A stretch of 64,000 nt of DNA from Ruditapes philippinarum. Its lineage: Eukaryota. The notes beneath the pieces are model-generated. The model was not told the DNA's origin, did not search any database, and was given only the letters and a program-made list of their open reading frames with translations. The position numbers and the translations under genes were made by a program. Location: NCBI RefSeq assembly GCF_026571515.1, contig NW_026862146.1, positions 124,001 to 188,000 on the forward strand, in the 5' to 3' direction. This document shows positions 39,173 through 51,600 of the stretch, piece after piece (position 1 is the first letter of the stretch; every line of letters begins with the position of its first letter).

Positions 39173-40715
39173 TGTGATTAATTGCACATAACATGTAAAT
39201 TATTACTTTAATCTTTTTACTTTCTTAAAATCTTAGTGCATTTTTCTCTCAAGTTTGACTTTCTTGAAATAAATTGATTCATCTGGAGACATGCAACTTT
39301 TAACATTTAAATTGTTGGAAGTTTTTAATAACTTGGCACAATAATAGTAGAGCGCAACATCCAGGTCAATATCACTGTTAAAGGTCAAATGTGAAGTCCA
39401 AAGGTTGTGTCTGCCGAGTTGGTTCATATCTTTTGGACTAATGGGAATATTTAAATTAATTTAAAAAGCACCATGTGCATAGCGCAGGAGTTTACTTCCC
39501 GGGTCAAGGGTGGTAAATGTTATACCCACATTATTGTCCTGTGCAGCAGGGTATATGGATGTTCGTTAAACTCGAATATTACAGAAGACCCCATGTGACG
39601 CTCTCATTGGACAATCATTTTAGGTCTTATACTATTTTTATATACAAACGTCTTGTTAATCCCATCGCACGAAGATTATGCTAAAGTATTCCTTTCTTTG
39701 ATTGCCCGTAACATTCTAATACCACTTTTACTTGCTTACATTTTTATCATAGCAAGACTATGAAAGAACCTTTCATTTAACCATTCTACAAATAAACTCG
39801 GGGAAAATATAAATGTAACTACAATGGGGATAAATCTAATAATCCTTTTTTGATTGAGAAGAAAACACTATTACCGGACAACTTGCTATATATAATTAAT
39901 ATAGGTAAGAAAACCATGTCATTTTAAAATATTTATTGCTGCTGTTTTTTTATCTGTATAGATATATTAACAATAAATGTCTAAATTCATTATTTTAATT
40001 TAATTTTAAGTCAAGATGTTTATCATATAATTCTAAATATAAATTATACTCGTGCAAAAAAACTAAGGACTCTATTACAAACACTAGCAATACGGGCACT
40101 TGCAAGTTTGAATAAAATTCAAACAAAATACAGTTTTGAAGTAAACGGACAGGTTACATTAATATATGCAAATGACTTGATATTGCCAAAAGTCTGAACC
40201 GCCTCTCTAAATCTATTGCTTTTATACATTTACAATTTTTTTCAGTACCAATGTTTTTTCATATTAGTTTTTCAGTACCAATGTTTCATTTCTAAATTAA
40301 AAATTGTGCAAATCAAAAGCACAAAAGTAAATGATAATCAAGTTTTAATAATATGGAGATAAACACATGCGCTTTTATAATGATGCTGGTAGCTGGTATA
40401 ATTATCCACAAAATGTTAAAATTGGACGGACTTAAAACAAGCTTTACCAAAAATACTTAACAATTATTCAAACGAATTGTGATTTTTTTACAAAGGAAAT
40501 TATGCTTATTTAACATCACATACTTGATTATAACATCAATAATAAAGCCAATTATTGGCAATAGCATCAATATTAATCTTCACATTTTTTAGTTTGTATA
40601 AATAGAACCACACTACTTAAACCTGATATGGATAGAGTCCATTATTTCTGACAGGACACTCCTACAGTTTAACATAGGCACATTCATTCAAAATAGATTT
40701 CCCAAAAACATATAC

Positions 40716-41287
40716 AACTAGAAATGTGTCCATAGGACACAACAGGGATGCCCCCACACGCCACTGTTTGACAGTCTACTGATGTACAGCAGGACAGTAT
40801 GACAGAGAAATGAATTTCTACATTATTTCTTCTACGCCAAGGTAGTTGGGGCATAAAAATGACATATAATTTTTCCAATGTTGACACCTTGATTTATCCC
40901 AGTATTAAGAATTTAAATCTCAATTTTATCTCCTAAAGTACGCTTCTAAGAAAAAATCAAGGAATACCCCAGATGAACAGCTTTACATGCTGATCAACAT
41001 TCCTGTTTGTTGATTCTAGCTCAAGCACTTTGAAGGGTACATGTGACACAACATTTTGTAATGGATTTTACTAAATTAAGGGCAATTACTCTTCAAATCT
41101 GAATAAATATACAAACAAACCCCCAAGATGAACAACGACACATGCCGACTAATTTTTCTGTACAGTTTCAAGACTCCAGGTTAAATATCTTTTTTAGATC
41201 TTAGTGCCATACAAGTTGAAAATCCAAAATTTGCAGGACGAACAAGGGCAAATCTAAATACCCCCACTAGAGTGTGGGCATAAAAAA
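40716..41287 (+). mobile_element. Degenerate copy of the 31.2-32.6 kb element family
   Basis: aactagaaatgtgtccataggacac start; caagggcaaatctaaata...gggcataaaaa end; about 2 diverged units. Confidence 0.7.
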
Positions 41288-42428
41288 GCTCGAGGCATGA
41301 CACAAGTTGATAACAAAAAAAAGTTAACCTATTAGTTCAATATAAATCACCATTCATAATAAAACTTGGGGTTGACAATAGTTACATTACAAGCAATTTC
41401 AATTGTGATCTACCCACAGCTATCTTGTACATGTACCTTTATCATGAATTTTTCATTTAGGAATCTTACAAAATTAAGTGTGCTTTATACACCTGCAAGC
41501 AGACCAGTTACAGGTAGGTACACAAATGCTAACAATCATAGTAATATTTTGATATTCAGTCCTGTATTTGAATTTTTCCCATACATATGTAAAACAACTA
41601 CCTGGCTACATATAAAGGTTAATTACCCACTGTGAACTTGCCTTTCGAGATAGGGACATTATTGTGTGCCTTGCCTTTGTGATAAATCATTGTGAAACTG
41701 ACTTGAAATTTTTAACAACCTACCATAATAATATTGAGAGGCTTTATTGAGCATATTAACAAGAAAACAATACTGTAAGAGATTGGGAATTTTGCCCAAT
41801 GAAATGACCCGTTAACAGTAAATGCAATATACAACAATATGACTGTTACTCACAGTTAAAATATACAAGGTCAGTCTACCACCTAAAACATATAATGTGT
41901 ATTATTTCAATGGCATGCACATTTAGGTTCAAAGATAAAAATTATGATCTTAGTAGTTAGTAACTTCAAACAGGTCTTTGCATTAAATAAACAAGTATGT
42001 GAAGTTCTCCAAGTTTCTACAAACAGGACCTCATAAATTTTGCTAAAACTTTCAAATATATACCCTTCAAACAGCAGCCAGAGATTCCACACATTATAAA
42101 CATCAGAATTTTCAAAATACAACTTTGATCTCTCAACTTTAAATTATTCACAAAGCACTTAATACTAGCTTATAAAGAATAGTAACAGTGTATCAAATAA
42201 ACAACAACAACAAAATTCTGCATATAGATTCAACAAAAACTTTTTGATATAATTCAATTAACAGTCTCGTCTGCCAACCAAATTCAAGTCTTTATGTATA
42301 ATTTTCAATCAATATCCACTTGTTATTAACTTCATTGTGAACCACCAATCTTTATAAAGTTAAACACAACCCTCTGTACAGGTGAAATAAGACTTGAGTT
42401 GCATAGACTAAAGTCTATTGCTGACTTA

Positions 42429-42632
42429 TCAGGTTTTATTATCCACAGACTCTTCCCCGTCAACTCGTGCGCGTTTCTCTGCCTGTACTTCATCCGACAC
42501 TGACGAATCTAGATTGTCAAAATCTCTTTTTAAGTTTTGTGAAGATTTATTTAGCACAATAATTATACAGGTCATGTTGTCACATCCCGTACCATCACCC
42601 ATAGTGTTTGGAGCTAGACAAAATTCAAACAG
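42429..42632 (-). CDS. PPM1G: PPM1G last coding exon
   Basis: [25 protein letters not shown]..., basic KRAR motif near the end, TGA stop. Confidence 0.95.
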   Translation of the reverse strand: MFEFCLAPNTMGDGTGCDNMTCIIIVLNKSSQNLKRDFDNLDSSVSDEVQAEKRARVDGEESVDNKT

Positions 42633-45600
42633 CTGAAAAATAAAAATGCAATATTTGTTTAAATTAATTGACCGATACATAAATCTTATGATGGAAAAGA
42701 TGTTCGAAAGTAAGATCAAAACATGTTTTTTGGTCATTTTTTTAGGCGCACTGAAACTGTAAATGTCATATTGCCATTTATCAGTCATAGTAATATATGA
42801 TATCAAGATCAGTGATGCCTTTTAAATCACTATTTCAGGCACCAGACAGCACCATAGTGAACAAACAGACTTTCAATTATCTGCCTCACATGAAGGAATT
42901 GAAAGCCCCATGCTGGATTTGAACTAAATGTGGTGAGAAATGATCTGATGTAAACAACAATTGCTTTTAACCACAGGGGCTAATTTGTGTTGCACTGACC
43001 TGTTCAAATTACCCCTTGAAGGCAGAATATTCAATTGTAAGACAGTACTGTTGAAAAAATTCATCCAGATTTCTTATCGCATGTTGTGAAGGTTAAGTTA
43101 CTTGAGAAAGCACATGGTAGTAGTATTACTTGAGTGAACTTTGCCAGCAGGTAAACAATATTTATATAATCTGGCATTAAACCTGAAGAAAAACAAAAAT
43201 GTATAGTGGACCTCTAGACAACTCTATCACCTTAAACTATCATTGTATATACATTATTCAGCTACATGCGATAAACTTCAAGATTTAACAAGTCACATTA
43301 CCTCTTCACATATAAGAGATGGCTTTTCTGATTTAACTGGATCCTTCAGTCTTTCTCTAACAAAATCTACTGTTTCTTGACTAGTCAGAAAGTTCCTAAA
43401 ACAGCAAACAATATACATTTTGTAAAATATCACTGGTTATGACTTATGTATAACAAATATGGAAAAAAAATCTCAAAGTTAACAAATTGACTTCTGGGAT
43501 TAGCATTATAATTGAATCTCTAAAATGAATACAGTTGCAGTGTTTATAGATGTACATGACCATAATACTTGCTGTCTACTGAAGAACTTTTTCATCTACC
43601 CCTCAATAGACTATGTTTCATTTTAAAAGTAATTAATTTTTTTACAAGTTTGAAGCAGAAAGTTTAACCAATGTCAATGATAAGGTAATGACAATAGCTC
43701 CACATTTTTTTTATTAAGTGGAACTAAATGCACTATTCTAAAGGAACTGATGAAAAGTACTACTTACACCTCATGCTTAAGAAAAATACAGTATAAAGTT
43801 CAGTCACTTATTTTGAACTCCTCAAAAATCTGAACACCCTTTCATAGAGTACGTAATAATTTTTCAACTTGAGTATTTGAAACACTCATTTAAACATAAT
43901 AACTTTTCCAAAATGCAAAATATTATAAAAACGAGAATTAGATTCGGTTTCAGTCCCCTCTTACCATATACCATCACAGGCTATTATAATAAATTCATCT
44001 TCTGGTGTGAGTGTAGCACATTCTACATCAGGTAAGGCTGAGATCATCTGTTCTTTAGCTTCTTTTGTCTCATTTCTTTTGTACCAATGATCACCTGTAA
44101 TAGTTACCACATATATCTGATGTCCTTACAATCCAAGTTCATATTTTCAAGCTCTAAGGAGACATTATTCAAGAATTAATGAGTTAAGAGTAATGTTTGT
44201 TTGTTTCATTTTACGCCTTTTCCAACAGTATTTCAGTCATATAGGCGGGTAGTTTCCTAACCATCGTCCCTGGAGAGTTACACCAGTACTAGACTACCTT
44301 CCTCCGCGCTAAACCACCAAAGTATCTCCCGTGGATCGAACCCACGCCAGAGAAGTAACTGGATTAGAAGTCATCGACTATAACCCCTCGACTGAGGAGG
44401 CAGCCCTCGACCACAGAGGCGGTCTAAGAGTAATGTAACCTGTCATATAACATGATACAGTTGATGAAGAGGAACAACTATTTGAAGTCTGATGGAAGTT
44501 AATTCAGTAATTAAGAGAGAACACAGTAAAACAACAACATAGTAACAAGAAAGCTTAAACCAGACGAGGCGAAAGAGTTATGGAAGGTAGTTCTACATAT
44601 TTTATGTAAAGTAGGCTCAAAATATAAGTGTTGCGATTTTGACTAAAAGAAGCCATTTGAATAACAAACATGAGAGTTGATATTATAAATTACCAAGAGC
44701 TCTAGATAAATTAAGGCCTCCATTAACTCTCCCATCATTTGTCACCCTGCCTCCTGCAGCCTCTATTCTAATTCTCTCTCCATCATCTTCTGGTTTATGA
44801 TCAAATGAAAGCTCTACAGCTTTGCCACCTTGACACATGACACATCGTGAATCTCCGGCATTAGCTACATATATCCTATCATCTCTCAAAAGAGCTAAAA
44901 CAGCTGTACATCCACTGTCTGTACCTGGCTGGAAATTTACAAAGTTGTCTTATCATTTAGCCTATCCATTTAAGTCACAAATTATTCTAAGGTATCTGAT
45001 TAAGACTTAAAATTGCAGTAAATTAAAGATTATCTACTATATTACATTTTGATATCTAATCATTGTATTTTTAGTAGTAAAAATCATTATTGTACTTAAA
45101 TAAAGTCACAGAATCTACATAAGTTCTAGACATAATTTCTCCAGACATCAAGTCTATTGGTCATAAGTCTCTCACAGCTATTAGGAAAATCATGTGTTTA
45201 GTAGCCGGCCGTTTTCAGAGAAATCTGTACTTATTGGTAAGCTATCCAGGAAAGTCAATAAGGTGGACTGACCACTGAGACATCACCAACTAGAACTGTG
45301 TCCAAAGGACACGCATGCCCCCACTGACAACATATATATGGTATATAGTGAAAAAATCAACAAAGGGCCATAATTCTGTTAAATTTGGTCGCAGCGAAAA
45401 TTCCTTCCTTTATTACCATCTACACATTAAGGTTGTTCACAGTGTTCAATCTAGAACAAATTTCCAGGGGGCCCTTCGGGCCCATAAACTTTTAAAAAGG
45501 GGGTCATTTGAGAAAAAAGGGGGCCAACACTTAAAATGAACATTTACTTCAAATAAGGTATTGTATCTTTTTAAGTTACTTGTTCATGTACCATATATAG

Positions 45601-48600
45601 ACCAAAAACGGTTGCAAAATTCCATAATAATCAACTCAACCGGTCTCCCTAATTACCGACAAGAACCGTCAGGAACCGACAAGAAGTAAAAACTCAACTA
45701 AAAAAATGACATTATTTGGACCTTTTTCGAGAGTTCTGTTACCGTTGATGCAGACTCAATTTTTAGAACTGATTGGTAAAGAAACAATGACATAATGTTC
45801 AAAGAAACATATGAATCTTATTTAAATGTTGCCACGGATATTTGATAACAATGTTCAGTTTTTTAATCAGCGCCAGATATATAATTAAAAATAAAGGACA
45901 ATCATATTTTGCAATTAGCTTATAAACTTACAATAGTCGCTAAAACCATTTACCCTTCTCAATATATTCAAGCTAAAAACAAAGTGTCAACAGGTGCTCA
46001 GAAATGTATATTGACATACCGGTACCTTTTATCTTTTGTCAGGGCAGCAGTTCTTACGTCACGCTTAAGATATCTGTATTGATTAATGACATGCACAATG
46101 TTTTAGCGCCGACCAGCCAAAGACCAATCAAAGTTTATTTACTCAATTGTCAGACACTCCCTAGCCAATCGTGTTTGATTAGCTCCATCTTTAAGACTTA
46201 TTTAATTGGTTGAAGGCGTGTTCGTATCAATTTATGCACACCTTTATAATTAACTCGCACATTTTCACGTATAGTTTTTTTCTCCTGAAAGTTAACTTAT
46301 TGCATATTAATTTGTTTTGACCGTTACAAACTATAACTACACGCACATATTGGATTATCTGTGACGATTTGTTTTGTTTATAAAAACTGTGACTGACAAA
46401 AGTAAGTAATAGTTACGGTACGAAGAACAGGTCTACATAGTATTTACAGACCCGACCGAGACAGCGTAGCGATCAAGGTTTTAAAAGGGTAACCGAGTGC
46501 GGTAACTTTCTTACCAACATGCTCTTGTTTTTCTTTACAAACTTCAGTTTTGAATTCAGTATTTATTAATATTATTCACAAGAAACTTTTTTATGTTTAA
46601 GAAAGCATTCTAATGTCAGTAATGGCATTTTCTCTGAGTGCGCCCGTCGGGCCCACAGCTGAATTTGTTTTGCGCCGGCGGTCTGTTCAGGGGGTCAATG
46701 GCGCAATGGCGCGCTCTAGATTGAACACTGGTTCATCCCTGGAAGTTTAAGCAAAATCTGCCATCCGGTTTAAGAGGAGTTGCGTTCACAAAATTTGGTC
46801 GCAGCAAAAATTCCTTCCTTTACTACCATCTACACATTAAGGTTGTTCATCCCCGGAAGTTTAAGCAAGATCTGCCATCCGGTTTAAGAGGAGTTGCGTT
46901 CACAAAATTTCTATATGGTATATAGTGAAAAAATCAACAAAGGGCCATAATTCTTTTAAATTTGGTCGCAGCAAAAATTCCTTCCTTTACTACCATCTAC
47001 ACATTAAGGTTGTTCATCCCTGGAAGTTTAACCAAAATCTGCCATCCGGTTTAAGAGTTGCGTTCATAAAATTTGGTCGCAGCAAAAAGTCCTTCCTTTA
47101 CTACCATCTACACATTAAGGTTGTTCATCCCCGGAAGTTTAACCAAAATCTGCCATCCGGTTTAAGAGGAGTTGCGTTCACAAAATTTCTATATGGTATA
47201 TAGTGAAAAAATCAACAAAGGGTCATAATTCTTTTAAATTTGGTCGCAGCAAAAATTCCTTCCTTTACTACCATCTACACATTAAGGTTGTTCATCCCTG
47301 GAAGTTTAAGCAAAATCTGCCATCCGGTTTAAGAGGAGTTGCGTTCACAAAATTTCTACATAGTATATAGTGAAAAAATTCAACAAAGGGCCATAATTGT
47401 ATTAAATTTGGTCGCAGCGAAAATTCCTTCCTTTACTACCATCTACACATTAAGGTTGTTCATCCCTGGAAGTTTAAGCAAAATCTGCCATCCGGTTTAA
47501 GAGGAGTTTCGTTCACAAGATTTTGGGATGTACAGCCGGACGGACAAGTGCAACGCTGTATGCCCACCACTTTGTTGGGGCATAAAAATTAGCTGAAATC
47601 TGCGCTAGAACAGACATTCTATCACTATCATTATTCTAAAACAATGCACTCGCTGTTCTTATTACCTCCCTGTGTATTTTCAAACCGCCACATTGACGGC
47701 GCCATTTTGTTTGAAAAATCTGATAAATAAAAAACAATTTTTTGTCGAATTTTGTTGTGGAAACTATATAGTATGAAAGAAAATGGTCTAACTAAGAAAA
47801 TGAATCCAGACGTTTATAGTTTAAGTAACATCACAATGTAGCGCCAAACAGCACATGCAAAAACAATCGAAATCAAGAACATTATTTCAATGTTGCAAAC
47901 GAGTTAAATTTCACATTTACTTAATATTTCGCTTGAAAAATATAGAGTGAAATAAAATAAACAAAGTTTTATCAACGTTTTCAAAATTCGTTAGTCTCAA
48001 AATGTTTCTTCACACGGTAGATTTTTTTCAAACCACTAGAACAGCCTTTGAAGAACGTTTCTATTGGAAACTCTGAGGCGAAAACAAATTAAACCACCAA
48101 ACAAAAAGTCCAACTATATAATCATTATTATATTTTTTCTTTACGTGTTAGAATGGAAATAGATATTTATTCTTTGTGCATTGTTGTATAATAATGCACA
48201 TTATTTCGTTCAAATGCTTGTAATTATCGCCTTTGTGATTATATTACTATGCATTTGAACTCAAACCATATACATTATTCTACAATGCACTCAGAACTGA
48301 TATCTATTTTCCTAAACGCAAGCAGCTTATTCTGTTTAAAATAATGCTAAGATACATACAATGTCTCCTTCACCAATTGGTTTGTGTGACCTGCAAGGTC
48401 TCTTATGCTCAAATTCTTTTATCAAAGAACACTTTTGCTCTAATTAATCAATATATGAGCTGCGTCACGACAAAACCAACATAATGGGTTTGCAACCAGC
48501 ATGGATCCAGACCAGCCTGCGCATCCATTTCTGATCAGGATCCATGCTGTTCGCTATCAGTTTCTCTACTTGTAATAGAGTTGGTAAGCGAACAGCATGG

Positions 48601-51600
48601 ATCCTGATCAGAATGCGCGGATCCGCAGGCTGGTCTGGAACCATGCTGATCAAACGCACTATGTTGATTTTGTCGTGACGCGGCATATCTCTTCCAAAGA
48701 ATGTTGAAATCATCATAACTACGTTCACCTGGTGAAAACTTTAAATTCTACAGTAGACGTACCTCCTCTGAGTGTTCCTCTTCTTCAGTTGAACCTACTT
48801 TACTCATACCAAATATACCTCCTTCCATCCCTACTTCATCATCATCATCATCTTCATCATCGTCGTCGTCTTCATCATCACTGTAGTTTATTCAAAACAT
48901 TAGAATTGATTAGCTTCATCTCAAAAGCCTTTGAAAAACTATTAATTAATGGATTTAACACACTACAGTGTTGGTGTAGTACTTCTAAGACGCTTGCAAA
49001 ATCATGATCACAAAGTAGAAATATCGCAATTTTTGTTGATTCTTACATTTTTCATTCATTATCGTACATAAATTGGTCTAAACAGATGAATTAAATGTTT
49101 TAAAGTGCATTTCAGTGGGTGAGAATGCGAGACTTTAGCATTTAATCATTCAAGTGACTCGTCCGGTATAAACCGGAATCTAGGAACCTTAAAAATACCC
49201 AAAGTTTTCTCAGAGAAAAATGACTAGGAATTTAATGACTTCTCTTTATTTTTTTTTTATATATCTGACATTATAGAATTAAGACAGGGAACAATTATTA
49301 TTATAAACAACAGAACAACCTGTCATCTATGTATTCATCATCATCTTCATCATCATCACTTGAATCATCATCACTATCATCTGCCTTAAATGCAACTTTT
49401 TTATTACTGGAAACACCAGATCCACCAGCCTGAAAAAAATAATAAATATCAATTATTCTTCTACTTAAATGATACCCAAGAAATAAAATTTGAAAGACAA
49501 GGATACATTTATCAGAACAATAACTACAATATATGGTTTACTGCTATCAATTTTACATTCTTGAAATCATAAAGGATTGATGTATGTGCATTTGAAAGCA
49601 CTGCATTAAATAATATCTATTCCATATTAATATTTCAAATGTTTAAGACAATAACCTTAAACCATCTGGAACCAGGGGTTGTAAAATTCAACATGTCCTC
49701 TTGCAGTGTCAAAAAGACTTGGTAATTGAGCAAATTAAATTTTACAAACACTAGTCAAATAGGGCAGGTATTAAATTGAAAAGTCTCAAAAACTCAAGAT
49801 TTAATGGTCTAGAAACAAACACTCACTAGCTCATGTCTATCCATGACATTCATAATCAGTACAGCATGTACTATAACACGTGTTTGCAGTAACTAGCAAA
49901 CCTCAGATATTATATTAGCAGTATCTAAGACCCTGGAATCTATACAATGTCAGAACACATTATTTCTCATGATCTTACAAAAATGGAAATGTTTTTGCAT
50001 TTTGATATTTAAGTCATGTTAACTGTTAATGGACTGTAGAAAACTTCTTACCTGAACACCTGACCCTGAAGGTGCAGAGCTACTTCCTCCTGCACTTGAT
50101 CCTGAGCTACTACTACCAGCACATGAACTAGATGATCCAGAGGAAGAACTGCATGCAGCATCACTTGATCCTCCTGCAGACTTACCTGGCTCTGACTCAC
50201 CATCCTGGCTGCTTGAATCCGAGCCTGAGGGTACTTCTTTAGTGCTAGAAGAGCCAGATGATACTTCTGATGTTGAAGAGTCACCTGATGCCTTGATTAC
50301 ATCTTTAGCTTTATCTGAAGTACTATCTGCTTCTTCTAATTTTACACTAGTGTAATTTTGTATATCACTTCCCTTGACCGAGTCATTACTGTCCTCACCA
50401 TTTTTTATAGGTGAAAGTGTCAAAGCACAATTAGAATTATTCAAATTTTCAGACTTAACATCACCAGTACTGTCTGGTTCAGTACCAAGAGTCTCTGCCT
50501 CACGTAATTCTTTTTCTACATTGAGATTATTGTCATTGTCAGGTGTTTCTCCGTTCTCTAATTTGCCATCAAGCCTTGTTGCTAGAGGATCAGGTGCTGA
50601 TGAACTTGTGGCATTGTTGTTCTTTGATTCATTGTTACCTACAGTAAATAATGACAATAGTTAATTATTTATTGCATAAACTTGGTATTTATTGCCAGTG
50701 ATTTTTTTCCTAGATTTTACAGTAAAATACAGGCTGTTTGATCTTGCCTATAAAAGCAGGGTTTTCATTTTTAACCGAGGCAACAAATGTGCCAATGAAA
50801 ACAACCAATATGGCTAAGGGTCTAGGGGAATATTGTAACCAACAGACTGAAAATATAATTGATTTTAACAGCATATCATATCAAACAATGATTTGGAAAT
50901 ATAATGAAAACCCTGAAGTGGTATCAGTTCCCTAAAATGCCACTAAGCATATTTGTCAACAGAAGAAGTATGTTTTAACAGAAGCTTAGATCAGCTTGTT
51001 AATCAATGTAATTCATTGAAAGACAAAAGGCTGTCACTATAAATTGCCTATGCTGTGTATGCAAACTAATTTGAAAATTTTATTGAATATGATGATTTCT
51101 CAGTTTTTGATAATACTTCCTCTAACATTACTTTATTTCACCAAGAACACAATCACAATTGTTCATCATTCTTTCCGTTACTAGAACATTATAATTTTGT
51201 TAGAAAAATTTGGCACTGATTCCAGTTTCCACTCGGCTCATTCAGACAAATGGCAAACAGCAGTATAAGACAGGCACATTTTAAGCATCTTCACATTTAA
51301 GAAGGAAATCTTGTCTTGTAACTAGTTGATTCAAGCCAAAGCTTTTTGGAGTTGTTTTTCTATTTAGTTAGTAACTGTATTGCATGTAACATATTTGGTC
51401 AGGGATCATTCTAGGGGGCGATTTCCGCGATTTCTCGCAAAAATATCACCAAAATCTCAGAGAAATTTGTGAAATGAGAGAAAATCTCGCACGCAATTTG
51501 AGCCAGAAAATGTCTAAACACAATGTAAGGAATGCTAAAATTACACAAAAATATGATGAAAAATTCACGATTCCCACAAGAATTTAATTTCAAATTGTTT

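Noticed and set aside
45438-45444. CACAGTG as an RSS heptamer or Transib/RAG transposon end
   Set aside because: The leading CA belongs to the TSD gttca. The opposite end reads ccagtg, so the TIR starts at CAGTG, and no nonamer is present.
50048-50664. Alternative-frame and antisense ORFs over the large PPM1G exon, and the poly-His ORF at 48732-49007
   Set aside because: Shadows of low-complexity Ser/Gly and poly-Asp codons on the coding strand.
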